Assembly: GCA_038209745.1 (NCBI GenBank)
Contig: JBBQXJ010000034.1
Coordinates: 1 to 45,957 of the forward strand
Direction of reading: 5' to 3'
Length of the DNA stretch: 45,957 bases
DNA from: Verrucomicrobiota bacterium
GTDB taxonomy: Bacteria; Verrucomicrobiota; Verrucomicrobiia; Limisphaerales; CANJSG01
The notes beneath the pieces were generated by a model, which saw nothing but the letters and a program-made list of their open reading frames with translations, made no database searches and was not told the DNA's origin. Shown piece by piece: positions 36,119-45,528 of this stretch. The translations under genes and the position numbers were made by a program. How positions within the stretch are numbered: position 1 is the stretch's first letter; every line of letters begins with the position of its first letter.

Positions 36119-36164
36119 TTGATCGGGCGGCGAGGCTGCCGGCGCGAGGCCTGCCTGGCTCCAT

Positions 36165-36200
36165 AAAAAGAAAAACGCGCCCGTCTTCTGACGGGCGCGT
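36165..36200 (-). terminator. Rho-independent terminator
   Basis: 11-bp stem ACGCGCCCGTC/GACGGGCGCGT, 4-nt loop, T-run on - strand after the oxidoreductase gene. Confidence 0.8.
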
Positions 36201-36220
36201 GATAGAGAGCAGGTCGTTCT

Positions 36221-37546
36221 TTAGACCAGCATGGTGCGGCCGGGCATCGCGAGTTCGGCCACGGGCGGCTTGGAGTCGAAGGTGAAGTCGTCCTTGGGTC
36301 CGATGTTTTCCTTGGAGGTGAGCATGTGTTCCCAGGTGACTTCCTGTCCGGTGTAGGCGGCCATGCGGCCCATCAGGCCCATCAGCGTGCTGTTGGCGAG
36401 CCATTCGCCGTCCATGCGGGGCTTGGCCGCGCGGATGGAGGCGAAGAGTTCGTCGTGTTCGACCTGATACATGTTCGGAGTGGGGCCGGAGTAGCGCCAA
36501 ACGCGTTCGCCCTTCAGATCGTTTATGTAGGGATTGCCGGCGAAGAGCATGACGTGCGCGGTGCCCTTGCTGCCGTAGATGTGCTCGGTGTTGTCGTTGG
36601 CGCAGCCGGTGATCTGGCGGCAAGAGACGAAGCCCTTGGTGCCGTTGGCCCATTCATAGACGATCTGGAAATGGTCGAAGTCGGCGCCGACGAGAGGCTC
36701 GGGCCGGATCTGGCGGCCACCGTAGCCGATGCACTTGACCGGCATCTCGTTCTTCATGGCCCAGTTGGTCAAATCCACGTTGTGGATGCACTGCTCGACG
36801 AGGCAATCGCCCGAGAGCCAAGGGAACTGCATCCAGTTGCGGAGCACATATTCCATGTCGGTCCAACCGGCTTCACGGGGAACCGGAGTCTTGGGCGGAC
36901 TCGTATTGTAGGTGCCGTAAATGGCCTGGATCTGGCCGATGTCGCCGGCGTGGACGCGCTCGTAGACGGCGCGCTGGGCGAGATGCGAGCGCCAGCAGAA
37001 ACCAGAACCGACGGCCAGGCCTTTGGCCTTCGCCATCCGGACGGCTTCCATGAACAGCCGGTAGCCGGTGGCGTCGGTCGCGATCGGTTTTTCGACGAAG
37101 GCGTGTTTGCCCTTTTCGACGGCGTAGCGCATGTGGAGCGCGCGGAATCCGGGTGGCGTGGTGAGGATCACGAAGTCGACGCCGCTATCGATGACCTTCT
37201 TGTAGGCGTCGAGACCGATGAAGATATTGTCAGGGTTCACCTTGACGCGGCTGGCGACGGATTCTTCGCCCTTGAGGGCGGCCAAGCTGCGTTGTGCCTG
37301 GTCGGAGAACGCGTCGCCGATGGCGGTAAGGATGACGCCTTTGTCGGCGGAGAGCGCCTGTTGGGCCGCGCCGGTGCCACGGCCGCCGCATCCGATGAGG
37401 CCGATCTTGATCGGTGGGCCCATTTCAGCGGCGCGGGATTTCGAAGTGAGGATGAACGGGCTGGCGAGGGTGCCGGCTGCGAGGAGTGTCCCGGAGGACT
37501 TGAGGAACTGGCGACGCGAAGAGGGCGACGGCGGATCTATTTGCAT
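36221..37546 (-). CDS. Tat-exported Gfo/Idh/MocA family oxidoreductase
   Basis: ATG 37546; SRRQFLK Tat motif; IGLIGCGGRG; TTPPGFR; AFVEKP; VEQCIHNVD. Confidence 0.94.
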   Translation of the reverse strand: MQIDPPSPSSRRQFLKSSGTLLAAGTLASPFILTSKSRAAEMGPPIKIGLIGCGGRGTGAAQQALSADKGVILTAIGDAFSDQAQRSLAALKGEESVASRVKVNPDNIFIGLDAYKKVIDSGVDFVILTTPPGFRALHMRYAVEKGKHAFVEKPIATDATGYRLFMEAVRMAKAKGLAVGSGFCWRSHLAQRAVYERVHAGDIGQIQAIYGTYNTSPPKTPVPREAGWTDMEYVLRNWMQFPWLSGDCLVEQCIHNVDLTNWAMKNEMPVKCIGYGGRQIRPEPLVGADFDHFQIVYEWANGTKGFVSCRQITGCANDNTEHIYGSKGTAHVMLFAGNPYINDLKGERVWRYSGPTPNMYQVEHDELFASIRAAKPRMDGEWLANSTLMGLMGRMAAYTGQEVTWEHMLTSKENIGPKDDFTFDSKPPVAELAMPGRTMLV

Positions 37547-37687
37547 ACGGTTAATATGTCGCCCAGGGACCTCGGGAATCAAGCCGCCCGGATTGGGGGC
37601 GTCAAAAAACGCAGCGACAAGGGCAGTGGAGGTTCCGCCAAAACAAGCTTGTTGCCAGTCCTGCGGTCGCCGTTATCTTCATCACCA

Positions 37688-37897
37688 ATGGACTGGCAGC
37701 AGGTAGTTTCGTTGGCCTTGGTGGGATTGACCGTGGGGTTGTTTGTTCGTGCCCGCCTGCTTGCCCGTCGTCGTCTTCCGTTTCAAAAGGGCGGCCATTG
37801 TGGATGTGGTGGAAACGCGTCGGTTCGTCCCGGCCAGTCAATCGTCTTGACTGGGAAGAGAGGGGAGCGCGCCAGAATACTTGTCAAAGGCGGCTGA
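37688..37897 (+). CDS. Small Cys-containing membrane peptide (resembles FeoB-associated Cys-rich membrane proteins)
   Basis: ATG 37688, 69 aa: MDWQQVVSLALVGLTVGLFV TM, basic patch, GGHCGCGG. Confidence 0.6.
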   Translation: MDWQQVVSLALVGLTVGLFVRARLLARRRLPFQKGGHCGCGGNASVRPGQSIVLTGKRGERARILVKGG

Positions 37898-37921
37898 TCC
37901 AGTTTTCCTACAAAGAGCTTT

Positions 37922-38323
37922 ATGCCAGTGGTCAACACGACGTTTCGTTTCCGTGAGCACAAATCGGCCGCGACCCCGACGGTCGGCTCCGGATGGGTCC
38001 CCAACACCGATGTCTACCTCACGCCCGAGGGCGTGGTCGTGAACGTGGAGCTGGCGGGAATGAAGCGGGAGGACCTGCAGCTGACGGTGGAGGACAGCCG
38101 CCTTCGGATCCGGGGACAACGTAAGGACCACTGCCGTGGAGGGAAGTGTCGCTTCCTGATCATGGAGATCAACTACGGTCCGTTCGAATGCACCGTCGAT
38201 CTCCCTCCGGGATTCGATCCGTCTTCCGCGAAGGCGGTGTATCAAAACGGTTTCCTCCGCATCGACATCCCGGCTGCGCCGCCGAAGTCCAAGGGCACTT
38301 CGGTGCCGATCTCCGGCGAGTAA
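37922..38323 (+). CDS. Hsp20/alpha-crystallin small heat-shock protein
   Basis: WVPNTDVY, VELAGMKREDL, LRIRGQRK, EINYGPFE, AVYQNGFLRIDIP; upstream of lon. Confidence 0.92.
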   Translation: MPVVNTTFRFREHKSAATPTVGSGWVPNTDVYLTPEGVVVNVELAGMKREDLQLTVEDSRLRIRGQRKDHCRGGKCRFLIMEINYGPFECTVDLPPGFDPSSAKAVYQNGFLRIDIPAAPPKSKGTSVPISGE

Positions 38324-38386
38324 TACGCGTTGGGGCTCCGGCCCACACAGGGCCCTTGGGCAGGGGCCGCAACCCAAGACCGCACG

Positions 38387-40789
38387 ATGTCGTCCCCCGA
38401 GTCCGAGCTGATCAACATTCTGAACGAAACGTCCGGAGGCCCGTCGTTGGCCCCGGTCGAGAAGCCGTTGCCGGATCGCCTTCCTATCCTCGGCCTTTCC
38501 GACATCGTCATCTTTCCAGGGATGGTGGCCCCGTTGTTGGTGGAGACGTCCCAGAGCGTCCGGTTGATCGATGATGTGGTGGCCGGCGACCGCTTGGTCG
38601 GTCTGGTTCTCCAGAGAAAACCGGATGTTGAGAATCCGCTTCCGGACGACCTCCACACCTCGGGTTGCTGCGCCCGGGTGTTGCGCATGCTCAAGTTTCC
38701 CGACAACAGCGTGCGCGTGTTGGTCGAGGGACTGCGCCGGGTGAAGCTCGGCGAATTCCCCGAACTCACGCCCTATCTCGTCGCGAAGGTGGAGTATCTG
38801 GAGGAGCCGCTCGACGAATCCGTCGAGATCTCCGCGCTCAGTCGGAACGCCGAGAGGCTTTTCCAGGAGATCATCAAACTGTCGCCGAACCTCGCCGAGC
38901 AGGTGAAGGTCGCCTCGCTCAACACCGATGATCCCGGCCGCTTGACCGATGTCATCGCGGCGACGGTCAACCTGAGCCTGGACGAACGCCAAAACCTTCT
39001 TTCGACTCCCGACATCCGGGGACGGATGAACCGGATGCTGCCGTGGCTGAACCGCGAGGTCGAGGTGGCCCGGCTCGGCTCCAAGATCCAGAGCGAAGTG
39101 CAGGCAACAATGTCCAAGTCGCAGCGCGACTACTTTTTGCGCGAGCAGATCCGCGCCATCCAGCGCGAATTGGGAGAAGGGGACACCGGTTCCACCGAGA
39201 TCGCGTCCCTCCGGGAACAGGTCGAGAAGAACGGACTGAGCGCCGAGGCCAAGAAGGTCGCCCTCAAGGAGCTGGACCGGCTGCAGCAGACCCCGCAGTC
39301 CTCCGCCGAATACACCGTGGCGAGGAACTACATCGACTGGCTGGTCAACCTGCCGTGGAACAAGTCCACCGACGACAAGTTCGACCTGAAGGCCGCCGCC
39401 GTCCTTCTTGATCGACAGCACTTTGGATTGGGCAAGGTGAAGGAACGGTTGTTGGAGTTCCTGGCAGTCCTCCAGCTCAAGCACCAGATCAAGGGGCCCA
39501 TCCTTTGTCTCGCCGGTCCTCCCGGTGTCGGGAAAACGTCGCTCGGCCAGAGCGTGGCGGAAGCCTTGGGCCGCAAATTTGGCCGGCTCTCCCTCGGGGG
39601 TCTGCGCGACGACGCGGAAATCCGGGGACATCGGCGCACCTACGTGGGAGCGCTTCCCGGCCGGTTCATCCAGACTCTTCGCCGCCTCGAAAGCCGCAAT
39701 CCCGTCATCCTGCTCGACGAGATCGACAAGATTGGAAACGACGGTCGTGGTGACCCCGCATCGGCGCTGCTCGAAGTGCTCGACCCGTCGCAGAACACGT
39801 CCTTCATGGACCTGTATCTCGACGTGCCCTTCGACCTTTCGCGGGTGCTCTTCATCACCACGGCGAACTGGCTGGATCCCATTCCCGCCGCGTTGCGCGA
39901 CCGGCTCGAAGTGATCGAGCTCCCCAGCTACACGGCCGAGGAGAAGCTCCAGATCGCCACGCGCCATCTGATCCCGCGACAGACCAAGGAACACGGACTC
40001 AAGCGCGCCCAGTTCAGGCTTCCGCCGCCCACGGTGCGACGGCTGATCAACGACTACACCCACGAGGCCGGTGTGCGGCAGCTCGACCGCGAGATCGCAG
40101 CCTTGGCCCGCAAGGCCGCCCGCAAGATCGTCGGACAGAACGGCCGGGCCGTTCCCTTCAAGGCGGAGGCCGGCGATCTCAAGAAGCTGCTGGGTCCCGC
40201 CCGTTATACTCGGGACGAAGCCGAACAGCTCGACGAGCCCGGCATCTCCATTGGGATGGCGTGGACGCCGGTGGGCGGCGAAATCCTCTTCATCGAGGCC
40301 ACGCGCATGCCCGGCAAGGGCGGCTTGATCCTGACCGGTTCGTTGGGCGACGTCATGAAAGAGAGCGCCCAGACCGCGTTGAGTTATCTCCGAAGCCAGG
40401 CGGCCGTGCTGAAGCTCGACGTTTCCGACTTCGAGAAGGAACAGATCCACATCCATGTGCCCGCCGGCGCCACACCGAAGGACGGACCGAGCGCGGGCGT
40501 GGCCATCACGGCGGCGCTGGCCTCGTTGCTGACCCGCCGACCGGTGAAGTCCAAGTTGGCGATGACCGGCGAGATCAGCCTGCGTGGCCGGGTGATGCGG
40601 GTGGGCGGGATCAAGGAGAAGGTCTTGGCCGCCGCCCGTTCAGGCGTCACCGAGATCATCCTGCCCGCGCAGAACCGGAACGACTGGGAAGAGGTCCCGA
40701 TCGAAGTGCGCAGGAAGCTCAAGGTCCACTTCATCGAGCGCGTCTCGCAGGTGCTGACCTTGGCCTTGACGAAGGTGAAGGCGTCGTGA
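38387..40789 (+). CDS. lon: ATP-dependent protease La (Lon)
   Basis: LON N domain; GPPGVGKTS; IRGHRRTYVGALPG; LLDEIDK; PKDGPSAG (Ser); GGIKEK (Lys). Confidence 0.99.
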   Translation: MSSPESELINILNETSGGPSLAPVEKPLPDRLPILGLSDIVIFPGMVAPLLVETSQSVRLIDDVVAGDRLVGLVLQRKPDVENPLPDDLHTSGCCARVLRMLKFPDNSVRVLVEGLRRVKLGEFPELTPYLVAKVEYLEEPLDESVEISALSRNAERLFQEIIKLSPNLAEQVKVASLNTDDPGRLTDVIAATVNLSLDERQNLLSTPDIRGRMNRMLPWLNREVEVARLGSKIQSEVQATMSKSQRDYFLREQIRAIQRELGEGDTGSTEIASLREQVEKNGLSAEAKKVALKELDRLQQTPQSSAEYTVARNYIDWLVNLPWNKSTDDKFDLKAAAVLLDRQHFGLGKVKERLLEFLAVLQLKHQIKGPILCLAGPPGVGKTSLGQSVAEALGRKFGRLSLGGLRDDAEIRGHRRTYVGALPGRFIQTLRRLESRNPVILLDEIDKIGNDGRGDPASALLEVLDPSQNTSFMDLYLDVPFDLSRVLFITTANWLDPIPAALRDRLEVIELPSYTAEEKLQIATRHLIPRQTKEHGLKRAQFRLPPPTVRRLINDYTHEAGVRQLDREIAALARKAARKIVGQNGRAVPFKAEAGDLKKLLGPARYTRDEAEQLDEPGISIGMAWTPVGGEILFIEATRMPGKGGLILTGSLGDVMKESAQTALSYLRSQAAVLKLDVSDFEKEQIHIHVPAGATPKDGPSAGVAITAALASLLTRRPVKSKLAMTGEISLRGRVMRVGGIKEKVLAAARSGVTEIILPAQNRNDWEEVPIEVRRKLKVHFIERVSQVLTLALTKVKAS

Positions 40790-41580
40790 ATCCGGCAATG
40801 TCCGCCCCTAGTCCAAGCGGGATGATCCGATCGTCTTTCCTGCGTTTGTCGCTGGGCTGCCTTGTTCTTCTGTCGGCCCACACCGCGCTGGCCGCCGAGT
40901 CCGGGTCGTTCTTCTCCGCCGAAGCGCTCAAGGACGCCTCCCTTCTGGTCGCCGAGATGCCGCAGGTCATTCCCGTCGACACCGCCGAGGCGACGCTCCA
41001 CATCAAGCGCGGTCGGGAGCGATGGGACGTGCCCGTGGCCTGCTCGGTGACGCACGAGGGAGAGACCGTCCGCACCGCCTTCTCCGTGACGCTGTCCTCC
41101 CGCAATCCGGCCGAGAAGCTCGTGATCGTGCAGGGGGCGGGCGGAGCCGTATCCTATCTGTTCGGCGTCAGCGAAGACGGCAGGCCGCCGGTGGTGGCTC
41201 CGATTTCCGGCGACGCGCTGGACCAGAATCTTGGCGGTTCGGATTTTACGCTGGGCAGCCTCGGTCTCGACTTCCTCCGCTGGCCGAAACAAACGCTCTT
41301 GAAGTCCGAAATGCGCCTCGGCCAACCGTGCGTCGTGCTGGAAAGCGCGCGCCCCGCCGCCACCAACGGCATGGTCCGGTTGAAGTCCTGGATCGACCGC
41401 GAATCCGGCGCGATCCTGGTCGCGGAAGGCTATGATGCCGGAGGGAAGATGATCCGGGAATTCAGCCTCAGCGGATCCAGCATGGTGAAGGTCGACGGTC
41501 GGTATCAGCTCAAGCAGATGAGCATCCGGACTCCGGGCCGGTCCAACACGGTGCTGGAGTTCGATCTGGACCGTCGATAG
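40786..41580 (+). CDS. Outer-membrane lipoprotein-sorting (LolA-like) periplasmic protein
   Basis: GTGA overlap with lon (alternative starts 40798/40822); signal peptide ALA-AE; GGSDFT..LG, CVVLES, SWIDRE..EGYDAGGKMIREF. Confidence 0.7.
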   Translation: MNPAMSAPSPSGMIRSSFLRLSLGCLVLLSAHTALAAESGSFFSAEALKDASLLVAEMPQVIPVDTAEATLHIKRGRERWDVPVACSVTHEGETVRTAFSVTLSSRNPAEKLVIVQGAGGAVSYLFGVSEDGRPPVVAPISGDALDQNLGGSDFTLGSLGLDFLRWPKQTLLKSEMRLGQPCVVLESARPAATNGMVRLKSWIDRESGAILVAEGYDAGGKMIREFSLSGSSMVKVDGRYQLKQMSIRTPGRSNTVLEFDLDRR

Positions 41581-41661
41581 GCACCGCGTCTTTTCGTGTG
41601 AGGTTTTCGCTCCACCCCCGTCCAACTCCATGCGAGCCGGTGTCGGCCGCCTCGACCCCCT

Positions 41662-42885
41662 ATGGATCCGATCCCGCCACGCTCTCTCGGTTCGATCATT
41701 GAGGCCTTCCTCATCGTATTGGCCACGATTGGCATCATTGGCTGGCTGTTTTGGCGGACACTGAGGAGGAGCGACGAGCCGCTGCGCCTGGTCTGGAAGG
41801 GGGGGCTGACGTTCTTCCTCATTTTTGCTGGAATGAAGCTGACTGGACCGATGCTGGCGAAGGGTGGATACGACGCGGTGTTCGGGATGCTTCTGGTCCT
41901 GCCGTTCGCGATCATCGTCGCGATCGTCTGGGCGGCCAACATCGCAGCTTTTGTCTTCTCGCCGTTGACGAGCCTCTTCGACGGGGGCCGTGAGGAGGCG
42001 GAGGCGGGGCCCTTCTATTCAGTCGTCGAGTCGCGACTGCACCAAGGTCGCTTCGCCGAAGCGGCCACTGAGATCCGGCGGCAACTTACGCTCTATCCGA
42101 ACGATATCCGGGGTCGGATCATGCTGGCGGAGATCCAGGCCGACAAACTCGGGCAACCTTCTGCCGCCGAAGCGACGCTCCGCGAGATTCTCCTCCTGCC
42201 GAACCTCGCCGCTCCGGGCATCGCTTCGGCGCTCAACCTTCTGGCGGATATCCATCTCAAGAGCCGCCGCGATCCACTGGCCGCCCGCGAAGCGCTGGAG
42301 GAGATCATCGCGCGGCTGCCGGACACCCTTCAGGCCGCGAACGCCGCCGAACGAATCGGCCATCTTCCGACGGTCGAGACGATGGAAGCCAGGGACGCAC
42401 CCGCCCACGTCGAGCTGAAGGTCGGCATCCGTGATCTCGGCTTGAAGCCCGTCGCGTTGCCGGATCCGGCGGAGACGTTGGATCGTCGGCTCACGGCGTT
42501 GCTCGACCAGGTGCAGGCGTTTCCCGGCAACACCGAAGCCCGCTCAGAGCTGGTGCGGATGTTGGCCGAGGACCTGGCCGACACGGATTCGGCCCGGGCC
42601 CAGATCAACACCGCCATGGCCGTGCCCCATCAGTCGCCACGGCAGATTTCCCGTTGGATGAACCTGCTGGCGACGATCGAAATCCGGCGGGGACACAATC
42701 TGGAAGGCGCGCGGCGGGCGCTGCAGCGGATCATCGACCAGTTCCCCGAGAGCGCCGTGGCCGAGACCGCGCACCAGCGGATGGACGGTTTGGCCACCGA
42801 GCTCAAAGGCGCCGGAGAACGGCGCGAGGTCCACCTCGGAACCTACGAGAAGGACCTTGGCTTGAAGCGGAAGCGGGACGGCTGA
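41662..42885 (+). CDS. Membrane-anchored TPR-like protein
   Basis: Three N-terminal TM helices then helical repeats (AREALEEIIARLPDT, ARRALQRIIDQFPES). Confidence 0.75.
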   Translation: MDPIPPRSLGSIIEAFLIVLATIGIIGWLFWRTLRRSDEPLRLVWKGGLTFFLIFAGMKLTGPMLAKGGYDAVFGMLLVLPFAIIVAIVWAANIAAFVFSPLTSLFDGGREEAEAGPFYSVVESRLHQGRFAEAATEIRRQLTLYPNDIRGRIMLAEIQADKLGQPSAAEATLREILLLPNLAAPGIASALNLLADIHLKSRRDPLAAREALEEIIARLPDTLQAANAAERIGHLPTVETMEARDAPAHVELKVGIRDLGLKPVALPDPAETLDRRLTALLDQVQAFPGNTEARSELVRMLAEDLADTDSARAQINTAMAVPHQSPRQISRWMNLLATIEIRRGHNLEGARRALQRIIDQFPESAVAETAHQRMDGLATELKGAGERREVHLGTYEKDLGLKRKRDG

Positions 42886-43007
42886 GTTCGGGCCCAGGAT
42901 TCGGAGCGCGGACGGTCACGTTCGCGAGAACCCACCGCGAAAGTTCGGTGTCTGGCTGCGGTAGGCACGCGCGGACGTGACCGGCCGTGCCCCGGCCGTC
43001 TTGGGTC

Positions 43008-43970
43008 CTATACCCCGAAGGCTTGCCGGAGGATGGCGATGCTCTTCGGCACGGCGGTGTCGGGGTTCTCCTTGCCTTCCATTTCCAGCGAGACGAAGCC
43101 GCTGTAGCCGGCGTCCCGGAGGATCCCGGCGATGCGCGGGTAGTCCAGGTCGAGGGTATACCACTCGCCGCCGCCTTGATACATCTTGGCCTGCACGAAG
43201 ACGGTCTTCGGCGCGATCTGCTTGAGCTTGTCGTAGGGGTTTTCGAGGAAGTTGCCGGTGTCCATCAGGATGCCGAGCCAAGGGGAGGGCAGGGCATCGA
43301 TGATGCGCTTGAGCCCCTCGGGCGAGCGGGTCAATCCCCAGTGGTTTTCCAGCGCCATCACCACGCCGTATTCCTCGGCCTTGGGGATGACCTTGGCGAT
43401 GGAGTCGATGCACCACTTGAAACCGTCGTCTTCCTGGTAGCCCGGCAGCACCGGCTCGATGCCACGCGCCGTCATCAAATCGTCGAAGGAAGCGATGGTG
43501 TTCCAGCGGCCGGAATTGAGCCGGATGCTGGGCGTGCCGAGTTCGTGGGCGAGCTGGAGCGTCTTGACCGTGTGGTCGATGGCCGCCTGCCGCTTGTCCG
43601 CTTCGGGGCTGACGAAGTTCTGGTGGGTCGAAAGCGAGATGAGCGAGACGCCGTTGCGGAAGGCGTGGCGCTTGAGCTTCTGGCAATAGGCGCGCGCGGC
43701 GGCGTCCACGGGCCCCTTCTCCTCCAGATCCATCTGCCGATGGAGGATGTCCACGCCGTCCACGCCGAGGGCGGCGGTGCGGTCGATGCACGATTCGATG
43801 GACACCTTCTCGGTTTTGAAATGCCAGTAGGAATAGGTCGAGATGCCGAGCTTGATGTTGGGCCTGGCGGTGGACGGCGCGGCGGCGGCGGCGAGCGTTC
43901 CGGGCCGGAGCGCGAGCGCGGCGGGCAGGGCGGTGGCGGCGGCGAGGAAAGAACGTCGGTTGAGGTTCAT
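43008..43970 (-). CDS. Tat-exported sugar phosphate isomerase/epimerase family protein
   Basis: ATG 43970; NRRSFL Tat motif; LGISTYSYW, MALENHWG, MDTGNF, VSLEMEG. Confidence 0.92.
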   Translation of the reverse strand: MNLNRRSFLAAATALPAALALRPGTLAAAAAPSTARPNIKLGISTYSYWHFKTEKVSIESCIDRTAALGVDGVDILHRQMDLEEKGPVDAAARAYCQKLKRHAFRNGVSLISLSTHQNFVSPEADKRQAAIDHTVKTLQLAHELGTPSIRLNSGRWNTIASFDDLMTARGIEPVLPGYQEDDGFKWCIDSIAKVIPKAEEYGVVMALENHWGLTRSPEGLKRIIDALPSPWLGILMDTGNFLENPYDKLKQIAPKTVFVQAKMYQGGGEWYTLDLDYPRIAGILRDAGYSGFVSLEMEGKENPDTAVPKSIAILRQAFGV

Positions 43971-44108
43971 GCTTTTGGAGGGTTTGGAGCCGGGGAGATT
44001 GTCGGGCGATTTATGGCAGCAAGTCCTCCTGGTGGACAGTCCATCCGCGCCCCACGTTCCGGGGGGAGGCTCTTGCAGGACCCGCGGATTTGCCGTCTGC
44101 TCCGCTCC

Positions 44109-44690
44109 GTGAATCCCCCACCGATCGACGCGGCGATCATGGCCATCGAACGGCCGCACCGGAGCCTTTGGACCTACTACATCCTCGGTTGCCTGGTCGT
44201 GCCGCCGCTCTTCCCGATCCTCATTTTGCCGAACTATTTCCGCTATCACACGATGCGCTACCGCTTCACGGACGAAGGGATCTCCATGCGCTGGGGCATC
44301 CTCTTCCGCCGCGAAGTCATCGTGAACTACGCCCGCATCCAGGACATCCATCTTCGGTCCAACGTCGTGGAGCGTTGGCTCGGTCTGTCCAAGATCCTGA
44401 TCCAGACCGCGAGCGGCAATGCCTCGGCCGAGATGACCATCGAGGGGATCAAGGAATTCGAGGCGGTCCGCGACTTTCTCTACGCCCGGATGCGCGGAGT
44501 GAAGGAAGCGCCCCACCGGACATCGGCCGGCGCCACCGCCGGAGCGCCTGCGGGCGGGATCGATGCGGACACGATCCTGGAATTGACCGCCGCTCTGCGC
44601 GAGACCGCGAACGAGCTGCGCGCAGTGCGGAAGCTTCTGGAACGCGGCCCCGGTCCGGACGGTCCCCGGGAAGGAGTTCCCCATGTTTGA
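44109..44690 (+). CDS. bPH_2 (YdbS-like) membrane-flanked PH domain protein
   Basis: GTG 44109; RYRFTDEGISMRWGILFR, YARIQDIHL, ERWLGLSKILIQTASG. Confidence 0.85.
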   Translation: MNPPPIDAAIMAIERPHRSLWTYYILGCLVVPPLFPILILPNYFRYHTMRYRFTDEGISMRWGILFRREVIVNYARIQDIHLRSNVVERWLGLSKILIQTASGNASAEMTIEGIKEFEAVRDFLYARMRGVKEAPHRTSAGATAGAPAGGIDADTILELTAALRETANELRAVRKLLERGPGPDGPREGVPHV

Positions 44691-45459
44691 GACCCTCAGA
44701 ACCACGCTGCTGCACTGGCTCCGCGTGCCGCCCGAACCGGAGGCTCCGTTCGGCGATCCCGCCTCGGTGAAGGTCTTCCGCGCCGGACAGAACTTCTACC
44801 GGCTGCGTTTGTTGGGCTGGCTGGCCAGCCAGTTGGTGGCGGTCGCCGGACTCGTCTTTTGGTTGGGCGTTCTGATCGGGGCCCGGGTCGAGGTCCAGCG
44901 GGCCGTGGGCGACTGGGCGACGCTCCTCTGGGTGGTGAAGGGCGCTTCCGTGGCGGTGTTCCTGGTGCAGTTGCCGTTGACCTACGCCATGGTGCGGCTC
45001 GACTACGAGATGCGCTGGTATGTCGTCACCGACCGTAGCCTGCGCATCCGCACCGGGGTCTGGAAAGTGCAGGAGATGACCATGAGCTTCGCCAACATCC
45101 AGCACGTCGCCGTCTCGCAAGGGCCGCTCCAACGACTCCTCGGCTTGGCCGACGTGCAGGTGCGGTCGGCCGGCGGCGGGGGCGACCAGCAGGCCCATCC
45201 TGGCCAGGACCAGTCGATGCATCGCGGCCACTTCCACTGCGTGGACAACGCCGAGACCGTCCGCGATCTGATCCTCGAACGCTTGAAACGCTTCCGCGAA
45301 GCCGGTCTTGGTGATCCGGAAGACCACGCCTCCGCGATGGAACCGTCAGGGGAAATCGTGACTCCGCCGGCCGACTGCGGATTGCTGGCGGCGGTGGGGG
45401 AGCTCCGATCCGAGGCGGCCCGGCTGGGGGAGACTCTCCGTGGATTGGGAAGCCGCTGA
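44683..45459 (+). CDS. bPH_2 membrane-flanked PH domain protein
   Basis: WYVVTDRSLRIRTGV, FANIQHVAVSQGPLQRLLGLADVQVRSAGG; GAAGGAG upstream; overlaps previous gene. Confidence 0.87.
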   Translation: MFETLRTTLLHWLRVPPEPEAPFGDPASVKVFRAGQNFYRLRLLGWLASQLVAVAGLVFWLGVLIGARVEVQRAVGDWATLLWVVKGASVAVFLVQLPLTYAMVRLDYEMRWYVVTDRSLRIRTGVWKVQEMTMSFANIQHVAVSQGPLQRLLGLADVQVRSAGGGGDQQAHPGQDQSMHRGHFHCVDNAETVRDLILERLKRFREAGLGDPEDHASAMEPSGEIVTPPADCGLLAAVGELRSEAARLGETLRGLGSR

Positions 45460-45528
45460 TCCGCCAAGTTTTGTTCCGGGCGAGATTCCTTGTCCGGTTT
45501 CGCCGACGGCGGGTGCTGATTGGTTGAA

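Noticed and set aside
36326..37687. N-terminal 454 aa of the 523-aa + strand ORF
   Set aside because: Antisense to the Gfo/Idh/MocA gene; only the last 69 codons look like a real protein.
37838..40456. 872-aa ORF on the - strand
   Set aside because: Antisense shadow of hsp20-lon in high-GC DNA; no recognisable motifs.
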